Part shown: positions 8,074 through 17,351 of the stretch, piece after piece
Layout of the letters: each line of letters opens with the position of its first letter
How positions within the stretch are numbered: position 1 is the first letter of the stretch
Source: Desulfurococcales archaeon
GTDB taxonomy: Archaea > Thermoproteota > Thermoprotei_A > Sulfolobales > NBVN01
DNA length: 64,000 nucleotides
Assembly: GCA_027002995.1 (NCBI GenBank)
Contig: JALWZB010000061.1
Coordinates: 3,000 to 66,999, forward strand
Reading direction: 5' to 3'
Program-made: the position numbers and the translations under genes
Notes under the pieces: generated by a model
The model's input: only the letters and a program-made list of their open reading frames with translations
What the model was told of the DNA's origin: nothing
The model's database searches: none

Positions 8074-9456
8074 TCAGTACTTGGATTTTACCCTTTCTAG
8101 GAACTCGTCAATGAGTTCCTTGATTGATGGTCCTTCGAGGACTTTGAGTTCCCATCGGACGCGTACTACGGGCTTGTCTATCTTGATTAGCCTTGTTATG
8201 TCTGCTGGCGTGCCCAGTATCACTGCATCTGCTGGCACATTCTTTACGGTCTCTTCAAGGTCTCTTAGCTGTTCAGGCGTGTATCCCGTTGATGGGAGAA
8301 CCTCCTTCATGTGTGGGTAGAGTTCGTAGAGTTGCTTAATCACACCCACGGCGTAGGGTCTCGGGTCTATGATCTCGGCAGCACCATACTTCTTAGCGGC
8401 TACGTAGCCAGCTCCGTAAGGTAGACCGCCGTGCGTTACTGAGGGTGAGTCCTCGATGACCAGTACTTTCTTGCCCTCAACCTTGGCGGGATCATCTACA
8501 GCTACCTCCATATCCGCCTTAACGATCTTTGCCTTCGGATTGACTGCCTTGACGTTGTTTATGACCCTATCGACGTCCTCCTTCCTGGCTTGACTTACTT
8601 TGTTAACTATGACTGCGTCAGCCATACGCGTGTTTACCTCTCCTGGGAACGAACCCACCTCGTGGCCAGGCCTCATGGCGTCAGCAACCGTTATCATGTA
8701 GTCGAACTTGAAGAACGGGAAGTCGTTGTTGCCTCCGTCCCACAGTATCACGTCGCCTAAGCGCTCAGCCTCCCTCACGATCTTACCGTAGTCCACACCC
8801 GCTAGGACGGGGAGGCCCATCCTTATGTACTGCTCGTATTCCTCCCTCTCCTCAACGGTTACCTTCCACCGCTCCAGATCCTCGTACGTCTTGAAGATCT
8901 GGACAATCATTTCCTTCAGGTCGCCGTAAGCCATAGGGTGCCTCACTGGGATAGGTCTTAGTCCCCTGTTCAGTAACTCCTTAACCACAGCCCTTGAAAC
9001 CGTTGACTTACCAGCGCCGGTTCTGACGGCCGTTACCGCTATTACGGGGCGGAAGGACGGTATCATTGTCTCTCTGGGAGACAGTATCTTGAATGACGCA
9101 CCATTAGCTAGGGCCGTTGAGAGTATTCTGCCTACGTCCTCATATGGTAGGTCACTGTAGGACAGGACAACCTCATCGACATGATATTCCTTTATGAGCT
9201 TGCCTAAGTCCTTCTCCGGGAAGATGGGAATACCGTCTGGGTAGAGGTGTCCAGCCAGTTCAGGCGGGTACCTCCTCCTCTCCACACCGGGTATTTGAGC
9301 CGCAGTGAATGCCACCACCTCATACTCCGAGTTGTCTCTGTAGTACACGTTGAAGTTGTGGAAGTCACGTCCTCCGGCACCAACTATGATTACCTTAGTC
9401 CTTCTGGACATGAAGTTCACCGAATATTCTTCGCTGATCTCCTTTAAATATTCCAA
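8074..9456 (-). CDS. COG2403-type P-loop protein (predicted GTPase / cyclic 2,3-diphosphoglycerate synthetase-like)
   Basis: 460 aa. The N-terminus reads VIIVGAGGRDFHNFNVYYRDNSEYEVVAFTAAQIPG and the P-loop reads TGAGKSTVSRA. This is the family pattern as I remember it; the specific function is uncertain. Confidence 0.6.
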   Translation of the reverse strand: MEYLKEISEEYSVNFMSRRTKVIIVGAGGRDFHNFNVYYRDNSEYEVVAFTAAQIPGVERRRYPPELAGHLYPDGIPIFPEKDLGKLIKEYHVDEVVLSYSDLPYEDVGRILSTALANGASFKILSPRETMIPSFRPVIAVTAVRTGAGKSTVSRAVVKELLNRGLRPIPVRHPMAYGDLKEMIVQIFKTYEDLERWKVTVEEREEYEQYIRMGLPVLAGVDYGKIVREAERLGDVILWDGGNNDFPFFKFDYMITVADAMRPGHEVGSFPGEVNTRMADAVIVNKVSQARKEDVDRVINNVKAVNPKAKIVKADMEVAVDDPAKVEGKKVLVIEDSPSVTHGGLPYGAGYVAAKKYGAAEIIDPRPYAVGVIKQLYELYPHMKEVLPSTGYTPEQLRDLEETVKNVPADAVILGTPADITRLIKIDKPVVRVRWELKVLEGPSIKELIDEFLERVKSKY

Positions 9457-9472
9457 CTCACTAAAAATTTAT

Positions 9473-10429
9473 TCAACTACGAAACGGCTCACTCCTCAGC
9501 TTTAGCACGTCCTCAACGCCTCTAGCTAAGCGGCACGCGTTTAGCGCATCTTCAATCGTTGGTGCGTTAGGGACTTCCTCACCCCTGACCCGCCTAGCGA
9601 AGTCCCTTAACTCAGCCTTAAGGGGCTCCTCACCACTTACTTTACTCTCCCGCAGCCCCTCACCAGAGAGTATTTGCACTACCCTATCGGTGAAGATACC
9701 GCGAACGAATACGTCAGGTAGGCTTGCCTCAACCTCCCTGACCTTGACTGGTAGGAAGCCATCAGCTATGAAGCTCACGTGCGTGTCTCCTATGGTTACT
9801 GAGGCACAAACGGATTGAGGCACGCCGACCTCGTCACTCACGCCCCACGCAGACACTATACTGTAATCTTCCCACCCAACGAAGAAACCTGTTAGGTCTA
9901 TGTCGTGAATCATCAGGTCGAACACCACTGATACGTTTCTCCGATGTGGTGGTCGGGCGGATAACCTCTTAAAGAGCATGTAGGTTGGCCTGCCACGTTT
10001 CATGATTTCCTTCTTGAGCGCCTGCGCTACCGGGTCATACCTAACTATGAAGCCAGGCTGAACAACTAGGCCAGCGTCGGTGGCCGCCTTCATAATGCGT
10101 TCGACCTGCTCTGGCCTAGTAGCAACTGGCTTCTCTACGAAGACGTGGTAGCCCTCACTGATTGCCTTCAGCGCCACTTCCGGTAAGTAATTTATTGGGA
10201 CGGCAACGGTCACCGCATCCACGTCGAAGCGCCTTAAGTCCTCTAGACCGGTAGCGTAGTGAGGTACTCGCCACTCACGTACCACAGTTTTGGCGATGTC
10301 CTCACGCACATCCACAACGGCGGCGAGTTCCAGTACGCCTTCAGCCTCGAGGTACTTTAACGCTCTAATGATGTTACGCCCCCACATTCCCGCCCCTACG
10401 GCCGCGATTCTCGGAGGTCTTCCTAACAT
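9473..10429 (-). CDS. Gfo/Idh/MocA family NAD(P)-dependent oxidoreductase
   Basis: 318 aa. It has an N-terminal Rossmann fold (IAAVGAGMWGRNIIRAL) and the EKP motif (VFVEKPVA). Confidence 0.75.
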   Translation of the reverse strand: MLGRPPRIAAVGAGMWGRNIIRALKYLEAEGVLELAAVVDVREDIAKTVVREWRVPHYATGLEDLRRFDVDAVTVAVPINYLPEVALKAISEGYHVFVEKPVATRPEQVERIMKAATDAGLVVQPGFIVRYDPVAQALKKEIMKRGRPTYMLFKRLSARPPHRRNVSVVFDLMIHDIDLTGFFVGWEDYSIVSAWGVSDEVGVPQSVCASVTIGDTHVSFIADGFLPVKVREVEASLPDVFVRGIFTDRVVQILSGEGLRESKVSGEEPLKAELRDFARRVRGEEVPNAPTIEDALNACRLARGVEDVLKLRSEPFRS

Positions 10430-10475
10430 GAATAAAGCACCTTGTAATGAGTGTGAAGTAAGTAAAAATTAATTG

Positions 10476-10540
10476 GCTTCAGAGCCTGCGTGTGTCCTCA
10501 CAGCCTGTTAGGCTTGGTGGTCATGGTCATTCATCATTAG
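10476..10540 (-). ncRNA. box C/D sRNA candidate overlapping the tatD stop codon
   Basis: Minus-strand read: AUGAUGA (C, 10531-10537), 12 nt augaccaugacc, ACCA (degenerate D'), 13-nt hairpin agccu-aac-aggcu, GUGAGGA (C', 10495-10501), 12 nt cacacgcaggcu, CUGA (D, 10479-10482). The C and D boxes and the 12-nt spacers are canonical. D' is poor. Confidence 0.45.
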
Positions 10541-11303
10541 CTAGGTATGATTCCGCTCGTGTAAGTAGGTTTTCAGTATTGCTACATATTGCCTCGTAAA
10601 CAATGTCGGGATTCACTGACTTCAACTCCGCAATGATCCTTATTGTTTCTGGAATGAGTTCCGGTCCTAGCTCTATGCCCCTGTACTTGTACGGCCCGTC
10701 TGACTCGGTGAGCATTATGGATAAGGGTGCTGCCTTAACCACTTTCCGTGACTTTTCCTGAACCTTTATCGCTGGGTTAACGCCTATGAAGTATCCTGAG
10801 TCCTCTATCACCTTTAGGAGGTGTAGTGGACCTGTGAACCAGTGTATCACAGCTAGCTTAACGCCCGCACTTCTCAGCACTTCAAGCACATCGCTCCACG
10901 CACCAGCGGCGTGTACGGAGAGTATCTTACTATGCCTCACTGCGATCTCCACGAACTCCTCGAAAAACTTAACCTGCTTTGAGAAGGTCTTAGGCACGAA
11001 GAGCTTATCTAAGCCTACCTCACCAATGAAGTGCGCCTCACGCACTAGGCTCAATGTTGCTTTAAGGTCGTCCTCGCTAGCCTTGCCGACCTCCCAAGGA
11101 TGTATTCCCACACCTGCCAGCACGTTCTTACACCCCCTAGCAATCTCCAGGGTTCTTCTCGATGATTCTAAATCGTCTGATACAGCCATTAGTAGTAGAT
11201 TCCCGTTAGCACAGTACGTGTTGATTGCTTGCTCATCATACTCCCACAGATGAACATGCGTATCTATTATGCCGTACTTCAGCCTCATGCGCCTCAACCT
11301 CAT
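10527..11303 (-). CDS. TatD-family metal-dependent hydrolase
   Basis: 258 aa. It has the N-terminal IDTHVHLWE metal-binding motif, later His/Glu/Asp ligands (GEVGLD, SVHAAG, IHWF, ESDGP), and TIM-barrel amidohydrolase spacing. Confidence 0.8.
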   Translation of the reverse strand: MRLRRMRLKYGIIDTHVHLWEYDEQAINTYCANGNLLLMAVSDDLESSRRTLEIARGCKNVLAGVGIHPWEVGKASEDDLKATLSLVREAHFIGEVGLDKLFVPKTFSKQVKFFEEFVEIAVRHSKILSVHAAGAWSDVLEVLRSAGVKLAVIHWFTGPLHLLKVIEDSGYFIGVNPAIKVQEKSRKVVKAAPLSIMLTESDGPYKYRGIELGPELIPETIRIIAELKSVNPDIVYEAICSNTENLLTRAESYLANDE

Positions 11304-12010
11304 CTAGGGGGTGTGACCTTAACGTACTTGAAGCCCAGCTTAGCGAGTGCCTTCTCAGCCGTCGGACTTAACGCGGGTGCCGCAAGCACCCCTCTCACCT
11401 TAATGCCTAGGGATTCGTAGTACTTCACGTACCGGTTTAGCTGATACACCGCATCGATGTCTGCGGTGGATCTTTTAACCTCAACGAGTATGAGGTCCCC
11501 TGACGATGCTCGGAGTACAACATCTATCCTTCCGTGGGGTGTGCTTACCTCACGAGACACTAATTGCGCCCCAGCCTCCACAACGTGCGGATTCCTAGCT
11601 ATGTAGTCCACTATCTCCTTCTCTGTACCGTGAAGGAGGAATCTCCCGTGTCCTAGCCTGACTATCATTATGTCCGCGTCACTCTCGACGCTTATCTTGA
11701 GGATCTCCTTCGGGTGTCTTCGGAGGGCCTCAATGATTACCTTATCTCCCTCCACCCTTGCTGTTACGTAGGCTTTCGGTTGCCAGTTTATTGGGTTCCG
11801 ACCCTCCGGCCCGTGAATAAGCAGTGTGCCATCCTCCTTGATTGTTATTAGGCGCCACGCGCTTGAGGCTTTGCTGGATGCCCTCCCTTCATATTCGATA
11901 CTGCACTTGACTGAGAGAACTATTGTTGCTGCCCTGAACCACCGCTTTATGATGTTGGGTATCTCAGTGCGTTCTACGCACCCTATTACCTCTGACCTCC
12001 CTTGGCACAC
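11300..12010 (-). CDS. nucS: endonuclease NucS/EndoMS
   Basis: 236 aa. The N-terminal half-barrel reads KCSIEYEGRASS...ITIKEDGTLLIH. The C-terminal RecB-like nuclease core reads GRIDVVLRASSGDLILVEVKR...QLNRY. The only in-frame start is the GTG at 12010, so the gene overlaps the upstream DHH gene by 47 nt. Confidence 0.85.
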   Translation of the reverse strand: MCQGRSEVIGCVERTEIPNIIKRWFRAATIVLSVKCSIEYEGRASSKASSAWRLITIKEDGTLLIHGPEGRNPINWQPKAYVTARVEGDKVIIEALRRHPKEILKISVESDADIMIVRLGHGRFLLHGTEKEIVDYIARNPHVVEAGAQLVSREVSTPHGRIDVVLRASSGDLILVEVKRSTADIDAVYQLNRYVKYYESLGIKVRGVLAAPALSPTAEKALAKLGFKYVKVTPPR

Positions 12011-12965
12011 TCTTAACCACCTCCGAAACCAGCTTCATTGCTTCACCTAGGCTCATGTCTGGGAGCGTGGCTGAGGCTGCTTCCGCGTGACCTCCGAATC
12101 TTCCTTTGAGCCTCGCCGCTAGTTCACGGCATATTCTGTAGGCCCTGTCGTTAAGGGTTCTAACCGTGACGACTACCTTCCCCTCCTCCCTCCTTATTAG
12201 TACTACGTCCTTCCTGCTCATCCTAGCGAATTCTGTCGCGGCTATGCCTAGCAGGCCAGCGTATATTCTTGATTCAGATAATTCCAGCGCCACTATCTTC
12301 GTTGCCGCTACCTCAAGTGAGCGTTCACTCATAATCTTAAGCAGGCGCCATAGAAGGAACTTAGCTATCTTAGCTCTACTCAGTAACTCAGGGTCACTCA
12401 GTAGGTCCTTACCCTCCAGCATAGCCCCGACTAAGTGCCTCATGTAGTCCAAGTCGCCAGGGTTTCGGGCTATAGAGAGCTTAATGAGGTCCGCTATCTT
12501 AGCCGCATCCTCACTCCTAGCTTCACCACCTTCGCACACGTCGGCCACGTCAACTAAGAATTCCTCGTAAGGGTTCATGTGTGGCTTTAGTACTTCCTTC
12601 ATTAGCCTTGGACAGGATGGTGACTTACGCCATACGACCTTTATGTTGGGAATGTTACTTAGCTCCTTCACGTGCTCGTCAGAGCTCATGTGGTGATCTA
12701 TAATCGTTACCCTGCCTACCTTCCCCGATAGCTGCTTTATGTACCTAGCGAATTCCTCACTCACGGCTAGGTCAAGGAAAACAACTTCACTTAGGTTCTC
12801 CCCAACCTTCCTAGCATCTATTTGGGCTCTCCATGGCTGAGTGAACACCATTGACACATTCCTAGGCCATGAGTCTATTAGGTAGTGCTTTATGTATATG
12901 AAGGCTGAAATAATTCCATCGCAGTCGCCGTGACACACTACGCCCGAACGCGGCATGTTACTCAC
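11964..12965 (-). CDS. DHH-family phosphoesterase (RecJ/NrnA-like)
   Basis: 333 aa. It carries DHH motifs HGDCDGIISA and TIIDHHM, with a DHHA1-like C-terminus (GGHAEAASA). Confidence 0.75.
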   Translation of the reverse strand: MSNMPRSGVVCHGDCDGIISAFIYIKHYLIDSWPRNVSMVFTQPWRAQIDARKVGENLSEVVFLDLAVSEEFARYIKQLSGKVGRVTIIDHHMSSDEHVKELSNIPNIKVVWRKSPSCPRLMKEVLKPHMNPYEEFLVDVADVCEGGEARSEDAAKIADLIKLSIARNPGDLDYMRHLVGAMLEGKDLLSDPELLSRAKIAKFLLWRLLKIMSERSLEVAATKIVALELSESRIYAGLLGIAATEFARMSRKDVVLIRREEGKVVVTVRTLNDRAYRICRELAARLKGRFGGHAEAASATLPDMSLGEAMKLVSEVVKSVPREVRGNRVRRTH

Positions 12966-13040
12966 TATGACATAAACTATTCAAGTAGCTTTTAAGGGTT
13001 GGATCGAAACACATTCCATGGTTGAGGGGTTAGCACTACA

Positions 13041-14105
13041 ATGACGTCCACGGAAGTCACCGTAACCTACAGGGACCCGCTAACGCGAGCCATTAAGAGG
13101 CTGGAGAAGCAAAAATACCATGTCATAGGGACTCACTCAGCAGTTAAGAAGTGCTTGTGGGTGCATAACGCATTAGTTGAAGGCAGGTTCTGCTACAAGT
13201 GCAAGTTCTACGGGATAGAGTCCCATCGGTGCGTTCAGTTCAGTCCAGCAATACTCTGGTGCTGGAACGCGTGCCTCCACTGCTGGAGGGTGAGGCCTGA
13301 GGATATGGGGTTTGAGAGAAGCGAACTCACGCAATTACCTTACGTGGATGACCCGGACGTGCTTGCTGAGTTAGCGATTAAGGAGCATAGAAGAACCGTG
13401 AGCGGGTATAAGGATAGGGCTCCAAGGAAGTTATGGGAGGAAGCTAACGACCCGAAGCACGTCGCCATATCCCTCACCGGTGAGCCACTAATGTATCCGC
13501 GCTTCGGCGACTTGCTAGAGGCGTTCCACAGGCGCGGACTAACGACGTTCGTAGTAACTAGAGGGGTAAGACCAGACATACTAGGGGGACTTGACGTTGA
13601 GCCAACACAGTTGTACGTTTCTATTGAAGCCTGGAATAGGGAGATGTACGAGTACTTCAACAGACCCCTAACCCCTAGGGCGTGGGAAGCAACTCTAGAG
13701 ACCCTGCAACTACTGCCTTCCTTCTCGTGCCCAACCGTCATTAGGGTGACTGTCGTGAAGGACTTCAACATGGGTGAGGAAGACGCTAGGGGATTCGCTA
13801 AGCTTCTTGACAAAGCGCAACCAACATTCATCGAGGTTAAAGCCTACATGCATGTTGGGGGCTCCACCGAGAGGCTCAGCAGGGAGAACATGCCCTCAAT
13901 GAAGGATGTTGAGGAGTTCGCAAGGAGACTCTCCCAAGAACTGAGCTACCCCGTAGTATCACGCTCCGTGCCTTCAAGGGTCGTGTTACTCTCAAGGCTC
14001 CCAGGCCCAATCATAAGGTATGGGAAAGGGTGCCCGAAAGCATGGAAGGAAGAAGACATCGGCGACGAGTTCTCCGGTGAGTACGGTGCGTCTGAAGCAC
14101 CATAA
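13041..14105 (+). CDS. taw1: tRNA 4-demethylwyosine synthase Taw1/TYW1 (radical SAM)
   Basis: 354 aa. It has the N-terminal Cys cluster KKCLWVHNALVEGRFCYKCKFYGIESHRC, the cluster CWNACLHCWR, and SLTGEPLMYP. Confidence 0.85.
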   Translation: MTSTEVTVTYRDPLTRAIKRLEKQKYHVIGTHSAVKKCLWVHNALVEGRFCYKCKFYGIESHRCVQFSPAILWCWNACLHCWRVRPEDMGFERSELTQLPYVDDPDVLAELAIKEHRRTVSGYKDRAPRKLWEEANDPKHVAISLTGEPLMYPRFGDLLEAFHRRGLTTFVVTRGVRPDILGGLDVEPTQLYVSIEAWNREMYEYFNRPLTPRAWEATLETLQLLPSFSCPTVIRVTVVKDFNMGEEDARGFAKLLDKAQPTFIEVKAYMHVGGSTERLSRENMPSMKDVEEFARRLSQELSYPVVSRSVPSRVVLLSRLPGPIIRYGKGCPKAWKEEDIGDEFSGEYGASEAP

Positions 14106-14320
14106 TTCACTCAATTAGGTTACTCGTAATGGTTAATTTGATAGTGAATAAGCAGTTATTACGCGTGATATGTTTATATAAAGATTGTTAATGAGTAGGG
14201 CGCTTGTTTTCACAAAGGTTATATATTTTAAAATGGAGTCCGCTCTCGATGCCTTTATTGTACGGAGGATATTTCGTGAGGTCGTTAAGCAGGGTATTTA
14301 ACATTTAAACCACTTCATGA

Positions 14321-15322
14321 GTGGGACCTATATTGGCCGGAAAGGTTGGTTACACTATAGCGGACATAATGGGTGACACACCCGTCATAAGGCTCAGGAA
14401 GGTTATTCCCGAGGACGTGAAGGCCGAGATCTGGGGCAAGTGTGAGTTCATGAACCCAACGGGTAGCGTTAAGGATAGGATGGCTTACTACATGATTAAG
14501 AAGGCCGAGCGCGAAGGTCGCCTCAAGCCCGGCATGACGTTAGTCATCGCGACCACAGGCAATACCGGCATAGCGTTCGCGGCGATGGGTGCTGCCCTAG
14601 GGTATAAGGTGATAATCGTCATCCCGGAGGAGATGAGTGAGGAGAGATTCCTTCTAATGAGGCTCTACGGCGCGGAGATAATCACTACGCCGGGTGGTGA
14701 ATCAGATGCTGGAGGTGCCCTAGAGTACGCTAAGAAGTTAGAGAGGGAGAACCCGGACAAGTACCTAGCCTTGGATCAGTGGGACGATGAGGGCAACGTG
14801 GAAGCCCACTACGAAACCACTGGCAAGGAGATTCTAGAGCAGCTGGGTAAGGTTGACGCCTTCGTAGCCCACGTAGGCACTGGCGGCACCTTAATGGGTG
14901 TTGCTAAGAGGCTTAAGGAAGCCAACCCCAAGACAATAATAGTTGGTGCCGAGCCAGCTGAGTGCCCCGTAGCCTACTACTGGTTCCACAAGGGTGAAGA
15001 AGGTCCTTGGGGACGCCACGAGATCGAAGGCGTTGGCGACGGGTTCGTACCCAACATCGTTAAGAGGTACAAGCACCTACTGGATGACTTCGTCACCGTA
15101 TCATCCGATGAAGCCATAGAAATGGCTAAAAGGCTAGCCAGGGAAGAAGGACTAGCAGTAGGCATCTCCGCAGGCGCGAACGTAGTCGCCGCAATAAAGG
15201 TCGCCAGGAAGTACAACCTACCCGAAGGTGCCAAGATAGTAACCATACTCCCCGACTACGCCGCCAGATACTTCAGCACCAGGCTATTCAGAGAAAAAAG
15301 ACTGAAACATAAGAATCCATAA
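14321..15322 (+). CDS. PLP-dependent cysteine synthase family protein (CysK/CBS-like)
   Basis: 333 aa. It has the PLP-lysine motif NPTGSVKDR, TTGNTG, and the glycine loop HVGTGGTLMG. Confidence 0.85.
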   Translation: MGPILAGKVGYTIADIMGDTPVIRLRKVIPEDVKAEIWGKCEFMNPTGSVKDRMAYYMIKKAEREGRLKPGMTLVIATTGNTGIAFAAMGAALGYKVIIVIPEEMSEERFLLMRLYGAEIITTPGGESDAGGALEYAKKLERENPDKYLALDQWDDEGNVEAHYETTGKEILEQLGKVDAFVAHVGTGGTLMGVAKRLKEANPKTIIVGAEPAECPVAYYWFHKGEEGPWGRHEIEGVGDGFVPNIVKRYKHLLDDFVTVSSDEAIEMAKRLAREEGLAVGISAGANVVAAIKVARKYNLPEGAKIVTILPDYAARYFSTRLFREKRLKHKNP

Positions 15323-15585
15323 GACCAGCTTCTAAAATCTCATAATTCCCACTTTTTGTAGGCATACAGGAATAGTAAAAGCATAACGTAATTCCACTAA
15401 TGACCGCCATAGCACCTCTCACCTGTCACTACAATCACGTGAATTAAATAAAACACGTATAGCACGTTATTAACACAAAAAACTTAAACTTAAGCGATTA
15501 AGTAAACAGATTCGCACAGATAAACAATTCCTCATCTAGTCTAGTATTTAAATGTTTCTAATCTTAAAAGCATAGGGTAAGAAAC

Positions 15586-15612
15586 GAAAATCTTATATAT
15601 AAGAGAATTTTC
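15586..15612 (+). promoter_or_regulatory. BRE/TATA promoter (cgaaaatcTTATATATAAgagaattttc) for the 15636 gene
   Basis: A strong TATA at 15593-15602 is flanked by inverted gaaaat/attttc. GGAGGT lies at 15622-15627 and the ATG at 15636. The element sits in a roughly 310-nt AT-rich spacer. Confidence 0.45.
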
Positions 15613-15635
15613 TCTCTAAATGGAGGTATCCAATA

Positions 15636-16484
15636 ATGAGAATCCCACAAACTATGATAAGAAAATTAATACTAGTTGCAGTTATATCCCTCGTCCTAAT
15701 ACTTCCACTTACTAACCTTGCAACTACCCTCGCAGGCTCATGTGACCCAAGTAAAGTAAACCCAAGACCCACTCACGAAAACGACCACCCATACTACGAA
15801 TACCTAGGAACTGTAGTAAGGCTTATTCCAATTATAATAGTTAATTCACCACCTAAGGGCGAGGCGTACGGAGAAGCAACTTTCACTACAAGCTTCACAT
15901 ACAGCTTTAAGGGTAGTAGCTTTGCTGGAACATATAAAATATCGTCCCTCCAAGTTTATCGAGAAAAGATAAGGGTATACGCAAAAGACGGGGAAGTTAC
16001 AGGTCTCTTTACTAAGGCTTCACTAGACATATATAATGTCTATGTCTGTAACTACATTAACCCCGATGGTTGCGATTACGTGGATACCGTGGCTACATTG
16101 AATAAAGCGACAGGACTTATAGGGGCTATCATAGCTCCTAAGAAAACAACGGATCAAACCTACGTACCAACTAGTGTTGAGGTAAACGGAGTAAGGTCTG
16201 TTACCTTTGATGTAAGGTACAGGAATACTAACAAGTTTGAGGTTGATACTTGTTACACAGACGAACCTATGGTACTGTCTGTTAGTGAGAGTTCACTTAT
16301 AAGTAGTTCTAGCGGCTTCTTCTATGATGGACTGTATTTGCATGGTAGTGTAACAATTAGCTATGGTTCTGAGGTGAGCAAGGAGATGACTTACACATTT
16401 CCTCCTGGATGCCTTTGGTATGTACACCCAATCGGCGGTATGTACTCATTCAAGCTCATAAGTTGCAGGAATAATGCAGGGTGA
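15636..16484 (+). CDS. secreted orphan protein (N-terminal signal peptide)
   Basis: 282 aa. The signal-like N-terminus is MIRKLILVAVISLVLILPLTNLATTLAGSC. There are no recognised domains. The gene is clearly AT-richer than its neighbours. Confidence 0.6.
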   Translation: MRIPQTMIRKLILVAVISLVLILPLTNLATTLAGSCDPSKVNPRPTHENDHPYYEYLGTVVRLIPIIIVNSPPKGEAYGEATFTTSFTYSFKGSSFAGTYKISSLQVYREKIRVYAKDGEVTGLFTKASLDIYNVYVCNYINPDGCDYVDTVATLNKATGLIGAIIAPKKTTDQTYVPTSVEVNGVRSVTFDVRYRNTNKFEVDTCYTDEPMVLSVSESSLISSSSGFFYDGLYLHGSVTISYGSEVSKEMTYTFPPGCLWYVHPIGGMYSFKLISCRNNAG

Positions 16485-16492
16485 TTTAAACC

Positions 16493-17323
16493 ATGAGGAC
16501 TAAGAAAAATATTTTATTACTGACAGCTTTATGTTTGCTTATAATATTATTTACTGTCTTTATAAATTATTGTTGTGGTCATAATGTAATTAATGCTTAC
16601 TTTACGGTTAATAAGGGAGTATCGGACACTTTCGGTGCAGTATTAGTCTCTGCCCCTCTAAGTAAGTTAGGAGTTTTTAACGCTAGCGGACCCATAAATT
16701 CCTCTAATCTCATTAAAGGATCCTTCCTGATTAAGGTGCCTATTGCGGATCGTAAGGATCTACGTATTATTTATGTAGGGTACGGTGCACATATAGAGTA
16801 TTATGCGACACCAGCCTTACCTAATGCCTCACTAGAGAGGAAGTTCTGTAGCCTTTTGAGTAACCTTAGTGGTAGGTTGGCTGATGTCGTGGTTCACTTT
16901 AACTTAAGCGTTAACGGTAGACCTCCTGTGAAGCTACCTTACATAGAGTCTCTTCAGGATCTTCAGTGTAACTCTCCCTCCATCCTGAGCGCGTGGCTAG
17001 GCGTATCCGGTGATAATAAGTGGGGTCAGGAAGCATACCGTTATATTATGAAGTCCTTAGTTAATGGTGAGAACACTTTTAATATAACGTTCTGGGTAAC
17101 TGCATCAGTAAATAATACACTCATGAGCAGGTTGCGGTCGAGTCCCTTTAGGGATATATTGGATAATGTTAACCTAACATTAGTTGTGCTTCCTTCTGTT
17201 GCTGTCAGTGAGCAGTCGGGAGTTACTTCAATTCCAGTACCGTGGGTTGCGGCTCTAGCAGGTGTGTCCGTGGCGTCGGTGCTGATAACTTACTATGTTG
17301 CCTCAAAAGAAAAACGAGAGTGA
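16493..17323 (+). CDS. membrane-anchored orphan surface protein with many N-glycosylation sequons
   Basis: 276 aa. It has an N-terminal TM or signal (ILLLTALCLLIILFTVFI) and a C-terminal TM (WVAALAGVSVASVLITYYV) followed by KEKRE. NxS/T sites are numerous. The gene is very AT-rich and lies 8 nt after the previous gene. Confidence 0.6.
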   Translation: MRTKKNILLLTALCLLIILFTVFINYCCGHNVINAYFTVNKGVSDTFGAVLVSAPLSKLGVFNASGPINSSNLIKGSFLIKVPIADRKDLRIIYVGYGAHIEYYATPALPNASLERKFCSLLSNLSGRLADVVVHFNLSVNGRPPVKLPYIESLQDLQCNSPSILSAWLGVSGDNKWGQEAYRYIMKSLVNGENTFNITFWVTASVNNTLMSRLRSSPFRDILDNVNLTLVVLPSVAVSEQSGVTSIPVPWVAALAGVSVASVLITYYVASKEKRE

Positions 17324-17351
17324 AAGCAGAAAAAGTTTAGGTTATGTTTGG

